NCBI GenBank assembly: GCA_964642575.1
Contig: CAZXRH010000001.1
Span: 1-51,875, forward strand
Direction: 5' to 3'
Origin: an uncultured Halanaerobiales bacterium
Lineage (GTDB): Bacteria; Bacillota; Halanaerobiia; Halanaerobiales; M55B127
Length of the DNA: 51,875 nucleotides
The translations under genes were made by a program, and so were the position numbers. The notes beneath the pieces were generated by a model. That model saw only the letters and a program-made list of their open reading frames with translations. It had not been told where the DNA came from and did no database searches. The stretch's first letter is position 1, and every line of letters begins with the position of its first letter. This document shows positions 28,896 through 37,490 of the stretch, one piece after another.

Positions 28896-30035
28896 TTGAA
28901 TATTGCCGAAATTATTGGTAGGAACTTAAAAGAAATACAAAAAGAATATGATTATAACCAAAAAGAGTTAGGTGAAATTATAGGTGTGACTCGCCAAACC
29001 ATGGCTAAATATATCAATGGTGAAAGAATATTAGATAGTGATAAACTCTATAAATTGGCTAAGCATTTTAATAAATCATTTGATTACTTTTTATCGTTAA
29101 ATGAAAGTAAGCAAGTTGCTTTTATGTTTAGAGCAGATGACCCAGCTAATAATTTTAATAAAGGTCTTAAAAAACAGATAAGTGAGCGTTTTAATTTATA
29201 TCATGATATTATTGAATTAAGTGAATTACCAATAAAAGACTATATACCTGAGGAATATAATTTAGATATTAAAGGGAAAAAATTGTCTTTTAAGGAAAAA
29301 CACGCAATTGCAAAAATAGCTGAAAAACAGAGAAGGTATATGGGAATAAATGATGCAATAAGTACAAATATTTTTAGCCTTTTTGAAGAAAACAATATAA
29401 ATGTAATAGCAGAAAAAATGGATAAATTAACATTGGATGCAGTTTCTGCCTATTCTCAAAATAAAGGTGCCTATGTTTTTATAAATGATAATGAAAATAT
29501 TCCAGAAGAGAGAAAAATTTTTTCATTAGTACATGAGCTGGGGCATCTTTTGTTACACAGAGATGAGTATGGTAAAGATTGGGATAACTTAAAATATACA
29601 AATTCAAGAATTAAAGATATTAGAGAAAAAGCTGCCGATTATTTTGCGATGAATTTTCTAATCCCACCAAAAGTATTAGATAATTTTGCCTATTATTTTG
29701 ATGGTTATGTGGATTTGGATTTAATTATTGATAAGAAAAAGGAATTTGGAGTAAGTGCAAAATGTTTAATAATGGCATTAAATGAAAATGGAATGATTGA
29801 AAGATCAACTTTGGGTTTTTTATATAAAAAATTACGGGAAAATTGTTTTGAAAAACAGGAACCGGAACCGATAGCATATTTACAAAAAAATGAAAAATTA
29901 TTTGCTTTAACCAAAAAGCTTTTAATACAAGGAAAGCTTACTACAAATAAGGCTGCAGAAATATTAGACATATCACTAAAAGAGATGAGGGAGCTCTTAA
30001 AAAGGTGGAAAAATTTTGAATATAAAAAGAATTAA
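28896..30035 (+). CDS. XRE-family HTH + ImmA/IrrE (M78-like) zinc-peptidase fusion with a C-terminal UPF0175-like antitoxin-type segment
   Basis: N-terminal HTH NQKELGEIIGVTRQTMAKYINGE. HEXXH motif in SLVHELGHLLLH. C-terminal segment GKLTTNKAAEILDISLKEMRELLKRW. TTG 28896 lies 8 nt after GGAGG. The ORF-track start is 28863. Confidence 0.75.
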   Translation: MNIAEIIGRNLKEIQKEYDYNQKELGEIIGVTRQTMAKYINGERILDSDKLYKLAKHFNKSFDYFLSLNESKQVAFMFRADDPANNFNKGLKKQISERFNLYHDIIELSELPIKDYIPEEYNLDIKGKKLSFKEKHAIAKIAEKQRRYMGINDAISTNIFSLFEENNINVIAEKMDKLTLDAVSAYSQNKGAYVFINDNENIPEERKIFSLVHELGHLLLHRDEYGKDWDNLKYTNSRIKDIREKAADYFAMNFLIPPKVLDNFAYYFDGYVDLDLIIDKKKEFGVSAKCLIMALNENGMIERSTLGFLYKKLRENCFEKQEPEPIAYLQKNEKLFALTKKLLIQGKLTTNKAAEILDISLKEMRELLKRWKNFEYKKN

Positions 30036-30561
30036 GAGCTTGAATAATAAAAAAGTAGCAATTGACAACAATGTTTTAATAGATTTACAAGAAATGTCTG
30101 CTGCCTTAAACACTAATTTTATGAAATTATTAAATCACTTATTTAATGATATATTCATTCCTATTCCAATTTTAGAAGATGAAATTATCAGCTCGCGTAA
30201 TGGATTAAATTATATGGAAGGAATTTTTTCTACTGAAGAGGGATACCGATTATATAATAAAATAAGCAACCAGAAACATGCAAAGATGTTATCAGATTAT
30301 GATATACATTTAGTAGTTTTAGCTGAAGAGAAAAATTTATTGGTAATTAGTAATGATAAACCAATTAGAAATATTTGTAATGATTATAATATTGAAATAA
30401 CGGGAACTATTGGTATTATAGTTTCGCTTTTTGAAAATGATATAATAACTAATAAACTACTAGAAACAGCTTTTCAATTTCTATTTTCTTCAAAGTCGAG
30501 TTGTTATCTTGATAATGATTTAAAAGATAAAATAAAACAAGAATATTCTCTTGATTTGTAA
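30016..30561 (+). CDS. PIN-domain protein (DUF3368-like), putative toxin
   Basis: Motifs VAIDNNVLIDL (first acidic residue), LLVISNDKPIRN, and the GTIGIIVSLF tail typical of DUF3368-type PINs. TTG follows AGGTGGA. It overlaps the upstream gene by 20 nt. Confidence 0.6.
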   Translation: MNIKRIKSLNNKKVAIDNNVLIDLQEMSAALNTNFMKLLNHLFNDIFIPIPILEDEIISSRNGLNYMEGIFSTEEGYRLYNKISNQKHAKMLSDYDIHLVVLAEEKNLLVISNDKPIRNICNDYNIEITGTIGIIVSLFENDIITNKLLETAFQFLFSSKSSCYLDNDLKDKIKQEYSLDL

Positions 30562-30572
30562 ATATATTATTG

Positions 30573-30614
30573 ATAGTCCTCTTTTAACTTTGAAAAGAGG
30601 ACTATAATTTTTTT
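30573..30614 (+). terminator. intrinsic terminator after the PIN gene
   Basis: ATAGTCCTCTTTT / AAAAGAGGACTAT 13-bp stem, then TTTTTTT. Confidence 0.8.
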
Positions 30615-30692
30615 ATGTAAAAAAGGAGCATTTACGTCTTTGTATAAATATTTTAATATAAAGTCTTAAATAAAACATAAAGGAAGATATCA

Positions 30693-31952
30693 ATGCTTTT
30701 AAAATCCAAAAAGGATTTCATTATTATTATCTTGTTAATAATCCTTTCATTAACTTCATATTCCTATTCAGTCAGCAGCCAAGTTAGCGAAAAAGAAAAA
30801 GTAGCGGTAATTAATCGCTGGCATTATGTACTTTTAGGTTCACAAGATATGAAATTATTTCCTTCAATCATTACTGCTAATATGATCGACCCAGCCACAA
30901 GAGAAATATTAGATTTAATTAGTGTTAATCAATTAAACAATGATCGGCAAATATATCAGTTTAGTAAATGGGTCCATGATCATTTTACCCATACGCAGGG
31001 TTTATCAATCTTTAAAAATGAAGTTGGTAAAGATCCCTGGGGAGCTGTTAGAGGGACTCCGCTCTATAAGAAATTGATTGCTAGTGAGATGAGAGCAATG
31101 CACATTTATTCTAATAAAAGTATGACAGGCAAATGCGGTTCCTTAGTAAATGAGATTGTCAGTATGTTTAGATTATTAGGAGTACATTCTAATAATACTG
31201 CAATATTTAGAATAAAAGGACACAGTTTTGGCTTAGTAAAGATAGAAGAGAAACTTTATTTAATAAATAATAATAGGATTTATTCGGTAAACCAAAAAAT
31301 CTTAGACTGGATTTTAGAAAAAAATTATTTGGGCTTACATAATGATCGAGTTTCTGTCAAAAAAGAATTTAAATTAAAGGAAGAAACGCTTTATGAGCCT
31401 GGGTTTTTAATTGAGAATATTTTTAAAGAAGAGAAGTGGAATTTATCTAATTATACTCTGATTAAAACAGACATCACCAATTATGATATTAGTAATCCGG
31501 AAGAGTTATTTCAAAATGAAATATTTCAAGAAAATAAATATTTAAAACTAGCCCAATACGCCTATCAGAGTTTATATATTCCAGACCCCGAAATCTATTT
31601 AAAGGCATCAACTAAAGGACCGCATTTAAATAAATTAGCTGAGGATTTAAATGATTTAGAAGATATTTTCAACTGGCTGCAGGAGAATATAGAAAATAAG
31701 TCGATTTTTAAATTTGATGATGATAGAATAATGACAGCTGAGCAGGTGATTGTTTTTAAAAAAGGTGGCATCAACGACCAGGGATTATTAATTGCTTCCC
31801 TATTAAAACAATGGGGCTATAACCCCAAACTATTAATTACATTTGGAAATAGTTTTATTGAGTATGAAAATGGAATAATAGATGTTAAAAACAAAAAATT
31901 AATTGAAGAAATTGGTAATGTGGAGATACAATATAAACTTCAAGCAGATTAG
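30693..31952 (+). CDS. secreted transglutaminase-like (papain-fold) protein, apparent tandem module
   Basis: Signal peptide. YQFSKWVHDHFTH followed by MTGKCGSLVNEIVSMFRLLGV..IKGHSFGLV resembles the transglutaminase-like Cys/His core. A C-terminal repeat, IFNWLQENI..GINDQGLLIASLLKQWGY, lacks the Cys. Confidence 0.5.
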   Translation: MLLKSKKDFIIIILLIILSLTSYSYSVSSQVSEKEKVAVINRWHYVLLGSQDMKLFPSIITANMIDPATREILDLISVNQLNNDRQIYQFSKWVHDHFTHTQGLSIFKNEVGKDPWGAVRGTPLYKKLIASEMRAMHIYSNKSMTGKCGSLVNEIVSMFRLLGVHSNNTAIFRIKGHSFGLVKIEEKLYLINNNRIYSVNQKILDWILEKNYLGLHNDRVSVKKEFKLKEETLYEPGFLIENIFKEEKWNLSNYTLIKTDITNYDISNPEELFQNEIFQENKYLKLAQYAYQSLYIPDPEIYLKASTKGPHLNKLAEDLNDLEDIFNWLQENIENKSIFKFDDDRIMTAEQVIVFKKGGINDQGLLIASLLKQWGYNPKLLITFGNSFIEYENGIIDVKNKKLIEEIGNVEIQYKLQAD

Positions 31953-31982
31953 TAAATTATCAAATTAAAATGAGGTGAAATA

Positions 31983-33503
31983 ATGAGCTGTTTTAAAAAT
32001 AATAAATTGTTGTTGAATTTATCAATTATATTACTCATTTTATCTTTTAACAATGTTGAAGCTCTCACTATCAAAAATGAACTACCAGATGATATATTAA
32101 ATCAATTAACTCAAGAAAAAAGAAGCAAATTAAAGTCACTAACTGATCTAAAAGACAAATTTCAAAATAAATTATATAAGTTTAATAATTTAGATGAACA
32201 GCTTCCTAGAGATTCCATAAAGATCACGCGGGCTGAAAAAAAGCCCGGTCTGATATCTGTAAAAAAAGCAGTTGATGATGTAAACCATATGTTTAAACTG
32301 CTTAAATATGGTTATTCAGGTTATCAATACTTTGGTGGAGACGAAAAATTTATTCCTGTTAAAAAACAAATCATTAATACTTTAGATGACCGGGATATCT
32401 TTAATTATATTACGACAAAAAGATTTATAAAAATTTTAAAAAACGAACTATCTTTTATCCAAGACTTACACTTTTCAATAGATAATGAAAGTGTGGGTAA
32501 TAGATATCAATATTATATGTCATATGCTTATGAGTTTAGAAAAGATGAAAATGGCTTTTATACAAATTTAGATGAGGAAAAGGCTTATCTAAAGGAAATT
32601 AAAGGGTCAAAATTAGATAAATTAATTAAACCTTCCTTAAACGAAGAAGGTGAAATTATATATAGGTTAGGGACAGTCATTAATAACAAAGTTGGCAAAA
32701 CAGTGGAATTGAAGGCAAAATTACAAGTGGGAAATAAACTTATTGATAAAAGGATTATGCTGACTAGACCACAAAGAGAGTATTTCCAAAAGAAATCCCC
32801 TTATAATAAATATAAAAATGAGGGTTTTACCATTATTGAACACCGAACTGCCAGTGCTAATGAAGCTAATCGGGATCAATTAAAGCGATTAGCAGAAGAA
32901 GCTAAAGATTTAAAGGACAAAAAACATCTAATTATAGACTTACGAGGAAATTCAGGGGGAGCAGATACCTATGCTTCTGATTGGGTTGAAAATTTTACCG
33001 GAGTAGAACCTGGTGAAGGAATTATAGAAAGCAGCCTTGTGACTGATACAGCCAATAGATTATTACTAAACAGCTTTAATCAATATTATGGACTGTCATA
33101 TGATGAGCTTGAGCCTGAATATAAAAAGTTGTTTAAAAAAACCGAAAGTGGTTGGACTAATATCAAATATCATGAATATAAGGTAATAGAGAACAAAACA
33201 TTAATTATTGTCTTAATTGATAATGGAGTGGCATCAGCTGGTGAAAGTTTTGTAAATTATTTAAATCAAATGGAGAATGTGATATTAATCGGGACTAATA
33301 CAGCCGGACTTTTAGGGTTTGGAAACATGGGAATGTGCAATTTACCAAATTCAAATGTACAACTTTCTATAAGTAAAACTATTTCTCTACCACCTGATTT
33401 AACTTCAAGAGAAGGTAGAGGATATTATCCTGATTTTTGGATAGAACCCGATAAAGCATTAACAACTGTAGTGAGCTTTATCAATAATTATTTCAAAAAC
33501 TAA
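31983..33503 (+). CDS. secreted peptidase S41 family protein
   Basis: Signal peptide. The motif HLIIDLRGNSGG is typical of S41 (tail-specific protease-like) enzymes. GAGGTGA RBS. Confidence 0.7.
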   Translation: MSCFKNNKLLLNLSIILLILSFNNVEALTIKNELPDDILNQLTQEKRSKLKSLTDLKDKFQNKLYKFNNLDEQLPRDSIKITRAEKKPGLISVKKAVDDVNHMFKLLKYGYSGYQYFGGDEKFIPVKKQIINTLDDRDIFNYITTKRFIKILKNELSFIQDLHFSIDNESVGNRYQYYMSYAYEFRKDENGFYTNLDEEKAYLKEIKGSKLDKLIKPSLNEEGEIIYRLGTVINNKVGKTVELKAKLQVGNKLIDKRIMLTRPQREYFQKKSPYNKYKNEGFTIIEHRTASANEANRDQLKRLAEEAKDLKDKKHLIIDLRGNSGGADTYASDWVENFTGVEPGEGIIESSLVTDTANRLLLNSFNQYYGLSYDELEPEYKKLFKKTESGWTNIKYHEYKVIENKTLIIVLIDNGVASAGESFVNYLNQMENVILIGTNTAGLLGFGNMGMCNLPNSNVQLSISKTISLPPDLTSREGRGYYPDFWIEPDKALTTVVSFINNYFKN

Positions 33504-33596
33504 ATTATACTCATAAGATCCGATATCATTTTATTGTTAAAAAATTTACAATAAATTTAAGCTAAAGTAACTATATAAGAAATATAAATATAAAAT

Positions 33597-33625
33597 ACCC
33601 ACCTCAATTAAGAGGTGGGTTTTAT
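33597..33625. terminator. hairpin terminator, likely bidirectional (S41 gene on +, small ORF on -)
   Basis: ACCCACCTC-aattaa-GAGGTGGGT followed by TTTT on the + strand and flanked by an A/T run on the other side. Confidence 0.7.
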
Positions 33626-33651
33626 AATTAGTTCTATATTTTTTTAACTAG

Positions 33652-33798
33652 TTACCTGATAAAAAAGTCAAAGGGGTATGAATATTCTTCTTTTGTACAG
33701 AGACCTTTTTCTCGTTTATAATCTGGACACTTCTCTTTTTCTTTGCCATACGCTTCGGCTGTTGTCATAAAAGGACTGTAATATTCTCTATCTTTCAT
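33652..33798 (-). CDS. small ORF-1, 48 aa, Cys-containing basic protein of unknown function (paralog of 44063..44209)
   Basis: Below the ORF-track size cutoff. The minus strand reads AAGGAGGG-ttact-ATG. Translation: MKDREYYSPFMTTAEAYGKEKEKCPDYKREKGLCTKEEYSYPFDFFIR. A second copy of identical length lies 10 kb away. Confidence 0.6.
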   Translation of the reverse strand: MKDREYYSPFMTTAEAYGKEKEKCPDYKREKGLCTKEEYSYPFDFFIR

Positions 33799-33846
33799 AG
33801 TAACCCTCCTTATTCAGTACGGGTTTTCACTTAATTTCATTGTACA

Positions 33847-33875
33847 TTTATATAATAACTCATTTTAACAAACAA
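33847..33875 (-). promoter_or_regulatory. candidate sigma-A promoter for small ORF-1
   Basis: Minus strand reads TTGTTT-17 nt-TATAAA. The -35 element is weak. Confidence 0.3.
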
Positions 33876-34009
33876 TAATAGTAGGTATTTTACTAAATTC
33901 TTAAACTTCTATTTGGAGAGTTTAACTAATTGATAAATGACTAGATTATGTAGTTAATCTTTAAATAGAAAAAATATTAAGAAAATGAGCACAATTAACC
34001 ATTATTTTA

Positions 34010-34062
34010 TTGACAAATATTATTTGTTTTGATAATATTTAATTGTATAGACAACTAGTTGT
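34010..34062 (+). promoter_or_regulatory. sigma-A promoter plus operator for the GntR gene
   Basis: TTGACA (34010-15), 17 nt, TAATAT (34033-38) with an upstream TG (extended -10). Directly downstream lie GTATAGAC (34045-52, the GT-N-TA-N-AC core) and the perfect 12-bp palindrome ACAACTAGTTGT (34051-62). Confidence 0.65.
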
Positions 34063-34077
34063 GTAGGGGTGAAACAG

Positions 34078-34830
34078 ATGGAAAAAATTTTGAACAGTAT
34101 TAATATTAACAAGGAATCGGTTATTCCAATTTATCATCAGATTAAAGAACAATTACAAAATTTAATTGATAGGGGTATTATTGAAAATGGAGATCGCATT
34201 CCTTCCGAAAATGAACTAAGCTCACATTTTGACATTTCCAGAATGACAGCTCGTAATGCAGTGGAAGAACTGGTCAAACAAGGGATTGTTAAAAGAGAAA
34301 GAGGTAAAGGATCAATAGTTTTTCAACCAAAAATAGACCAATCTTTAATGAAAATTCAGAGTTTTACTAAAGCAATGAATGAAAAAGGATATACTATAAG
34401 AGCTGATTTATTAGACTTTGAAGTTGGAACAAGTAGTACAGAAATACAAAAACGGCTTAAATTAGAAGATAATGATAAGATAATAAGGTTATCCCGCATA
34501 CGTTGTATCGAAAATACTCCAGTTGGACTTCAATATTCTTATTTACCTTTTAAATTAACTGAACCACTTATCCAACACAAAAACAAATTAGAAAACACTT
34601 CTTTATATACCTTATTAAGAGAGTATTGTTCGATTAACCCTACTAAAACTCATGAGACCTTAGAAATTAAAAAGGCAACTGCTAAACAAAATAAACTTTT
34701 AAATATACCTCTCAATGAACCCTTGTTTTATGTCGAAGCGCTGGCAGAATGTGAAAAAGGACCAATGGAATATGTAGAATCATATTATCGATCAGATGTA
34801 TTTAAGTTCCATATTAAATCCGAATTATAA
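34078..34830 (+). CDS. GntR-family transcriptional regulator, HutC subfamily (wHTH + UTRA)
   Basis: Motifs PIYHQIKEQLQNLIDRGIIENGDRIPSENELSSHFDISRMTARNAVEELVKQGIVKRERGKGSIV, with a UTRA-sized C-terminal domain. ATG 34078 lies 6 nt after AGGGGTGA. The ORF-track start is 34069. Confidence 0.88.
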   Translation: MEKILNSININKESVIPIYHQIKEQLQNLIDRGIIENGDRIPSENELSSHFDISRMTARNAVEELVKQGIVKRERGKGSIVFQPKIDQSLMKIQSFTKAMNEKGYTIRADLLDFEVGTSSTEIQKRLKLEDNDKIIRLSRIRCIENTPVGLQYSYLPFKLTEPLIQHKNKLENTSLYTLLREYCSINPTKTHETLEIKKATAKQNKLLNIPLNEPLFYVEALAECEKGPMEYVESYYRSDVFKFHIKSEL

Positions 34831-34908
34831 TTTAAGGGGGTGGTGGCTCAAAAAGATAAGGCAGCTAGTATTTCTAGGTATTAATATAATAAGGAGGAGT
34901 AAATAATA

Positions 34909-36474
34909 ATGAAGAAGTATTCTTTATTAATTTTGGTTTTAGTTTTCACACTAATGCTTTCCACAGGTGTTGTAGCGCAAGAGTATGGCGGAGAATTTAC
35001 AGGCTTTTCATCAACTGATCCAAAGACCTTAGATCCGGCAGCAATTAGCTCCTGGGACCAGGCCGTAATGTGTATGAATGTTTTAGAAGGTTTGGTTAGA
35101 TTAACCCCTAAGGGTATGAGTATTGAACCCGGTATTGCTGAATCCTGGAGTGCCTCAGATGATGGTTTAGTATGGACATTTAACTTAAGAGAAGATGCCT
35201 ATTTCCATAATGGAGAAAATGTTACTGCCCAGGATGTAAAATATAGTTTTGAAAGAGTAATAAATCCTGAAACAAAGTCTCCAAGTGCCTGGATATTTAA
35301 TAAAGTCGTTGGCTATGATGCAATGAGAAATGGCGAAGCAGATAGTGTATCAGGTATCACAGTAGTTGATGATTATACTCTAGAAATAGAATTGGTAGAG
35401 CCTCTTACTCCATTTATTTCTATGTTGGCTGCACCAGGTGCCTCTGTAGTACCAGAATCTGCTGTAGATGAATATGGAGATCAATTTGGACAAAATGTTG
35501 TAAGTGCTGGTCCTTTTAAATTAGAAGAATGGGAGCAAAACTTACAGATTTCTATGACAGCCTTTGAAGATTACTGGGACGGCAGACCTTACTTAGATTC
35601 ATTAAACTTTAAATTTATACATGATGAAAATACAAGAGTAGTAGAACTTTTAACAGGTAACTTAGATTGGGCTTGGGTAACTCCTGCTCATCATAATGCT
35701 TTAACTACAAATGATAAATATAAAGACCACATTGGAAGAGTAAATACATTACACGCTGCTTACTTTATTATCAATATGGAAAGAGAACCGTTTGGTAGTA
35801 ATGAGAAACTACGCAAAGCAATGAGTTATGCCCTTGATACTCAAGCAGTTATTGATTCACTACAAGGCAGAGCAGATCCAGCTGTTGGTTTCTTCCCACC
35901 AGGATTTATGGGACAAAATGAGGATGCTCCAGCATATAAACATAATGTAGAAAGAGCGAAAGAATTAATGGCAGAGGCAGGCTATCCTGATGGTATGGAT
36001 GAAACATATACCTTAGTTAGTCTACCTTGGGAAAATCTAATTAACATATTATCTATTTACCAACAAAACCTCAAAGAAATTGGTATTAATATTGAATTGA
36101 ATCCAGTTCAATTTGGACAGTATACTTCAATTATTCAAGAAGGTGACTTTGACCTAGCATATGGATACAAAGTACCTGATTATGCAGATGCTGATGGATT
36201 TGCATATCCACTCCTATATTCTGAAGCAAGTGGAAATGCAGCAAATTATTCCAACCCTGAAGTGGATGAATTGATTGAAGAAGGTAGACAAGCAACCTCT
36301 GAAGAAGCAAGAACAGAAATTTATGAAGAAATCACATCCATTTTACAAGAAGAACTTCCATATATAACAACAACTCATAATATTTGGGTTGATGTAACAG
36401 ATCCAAGTGTTAGAAATTGGCAGCCAAGTGCTATGGACATTCATATGTTCCATAAAGTATGGATGGAACAGTAA
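34909..36474 (+). CDS. ABC transporter substrate-binding protein, family 5 (ligand unknown)
   Basis: Signal peptide MKKYSLLILVLVFTLMLSTGVVAQ. 521 aa, family-5 pattern. AAGGAGGAG RBS. Confidence 0.85.
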   Translation: MKKYSLLILVLVFTLMLSTGVVAQEYGGEFTGFSSTDPKTLDPAAISSWDQAVMCMNVLEGLVRLTPKGMSIEPGIAESWSASDDGLVWTFNLREDAYFHNGENVTAQDVKYSFERVINPETKSPSAWIFNKVVGYDAMRNGEADSVSGITVVDDYTLEIELVEPLTPFISMLAAPGASVVPESAVDEYGDQFGQNVVSAGPFKLEEWEQNLQISMTAFEDYWDGRPYLDSLNFKFIHDENTRVVELLTGNLDWAWVTPAHHNALTTNDKYKDHIGRVNTLHAAYFIINMEREPFGSNEKLRKAMSYALDTQAVIDSLQGRADPAVGFFPPGFMGQNEDAPAYKHNVERAKELMAEAGYPDGMDETYTLVSLPWENLINILSIYQQNLKEIGINIELNPVQFGQYTSIIQEGDFDLAYGYKVPDYADADGFAYPLLYSEASGNAANYSNPEVDELIEEGRQATSEEARTEIYEEITSILQEELPYITTTHNIWVDVTDPSVRNWQPSAMDIHMFHKVWMEQ

Positions 36475-36483
36475 GTTAAATTA

Positions 36484-36513
36484 ACCGGGTATGGGTCCCA
36501 TACCCGGTTTTTT
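36484..36513 (+). terminator. strong hairpin attenuator/terminator after the SBP gene
   Basis: ACCGGGTATGG-gtc-CCATACCCGGT followed by TTTTT. Confidence 0.7.
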
Positions 36514-36537
36514 AAAAAATGTTAAGGTAGCTAGGGG

Positions 36538-37476
36538 ATGATAAAGTTGTTTTCATACATAATTAAAAGACTGTTTTCACTAATTCCTATTATAATTGGA
36601 CTATCTATATTAATATTTGCCTTTTTATATCTAATTCCCGGTGATGTAGCCAGAATGATAGCGGGACCATCTGCTACTGATGAAGTGGTTAATAGTATTA
36701 GAATGGAAATGGGACTCAATCGGCCTTTATACATACAATATTTTGATTTTATTACTGATTTCCTTACCGGTGATTTTGGTAAATCTTATCAATCGGGTAA
36801 TTTGATTAAAAATGAGATACCACAGGTATTTATTAGAACCCTACAGCTTGCTATTACAGTTCAAATAATATCATTTTTTGTAGGGGGAGTTCTTGGAATA
36901 ATTTCAGCTATTTGGCGAAAAACTATTTGGGACCGAATAATTATGGCAATTTCAGTTTCGGGGTTATCCTTACCCTTATTTTGGTCTGCTTTAGTTATAC
37001 AATTGATCTTTAGTATTTATTTAGGTGTTTTACCTCCTTCCGGTTATGAAAGTGGTTTTGATCAGTTTATAATATTACCTGCGTTAACTTTAATGCTGCC
37101 TAACAGTGGTATGTTAGCGCGTGTTACTAGATCTGCAATTATAGATGTTATGAACTTTGATTATGTGAGAACTGCTAGGGCAAAAGGATTAAATAATTTT
37201 TGGGTAGTGACCAAACATATAGTTCGTAATGCTTTGATTCCGATGATAACTATGACCGGTACTAACTTGAGTCGCATGATGGGTGGAGTTATTATGATTG
37301 AAATCATATTTACCTGGCCGGGCATGGGTAAATATGTTTACGATGCTTTACTTTCAAAAGATTTACCTGCTTTGCAGACAGCCACAATGTTGATAGCTAT
37401 ATTGGTAATTCTGATAAATCTTTTAGTAGATTTATCCTATGCATTAATTGATCCCCGTATTAAATATGAAGAGTAG
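36538..37476 (+). CDS. ABC transporter permease (DppB/OppB-like)
   Basis: SYIIKRL N-terminus and DPRI C-terminus, multi-TM. The start may be TTG 36547, which is better spaced from GGGGA. Confidence 0.85.
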   Translation: MIKLFSYIIKRLFSLIPIIIGLSILIFAFLYLIPGDVARMIAGPSATDEVVNSIRMEMGLNRPLYIQYFDFITDFLTGDFGKSYQSGNLIKNEIPQVFIRTLQLAITVQIISFFVGGVLGIISAIWRKTIWDRIIMAISVSGLSLPLFWSALVIQLIFSIYLGVLPPSGYESGFDQFIILPALTLMLPNSGMLARVTRSAIIDVMNFDYVRTARAKGLNNFWVVTKHIVRNALIPMITMTGTNLSRMMGGVIMIEIIFTWPGMGKYVYDALLSKDLPALQTATMLIAILVILINLLVDLSYALIDPRIKYEE

Positions 37477-37490
37477 AGGAGGAAATCATC

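Noticed and set aside
34831-34908. Looked for a sigma-54 -24/-12 element or a strong sigma-A promoter between gntR and the SBP gene (GGTGGCTCAAAAAGATAAGGCAGC)
   Set aside because: The GG/GC spacing does not fit TGGCAC-N5-TTGC. Only a TATAAT (about 34888) without a credible -35 is present. The promoter assignment for the operon is therefore left open, and it may be read through from the gntR promoter.
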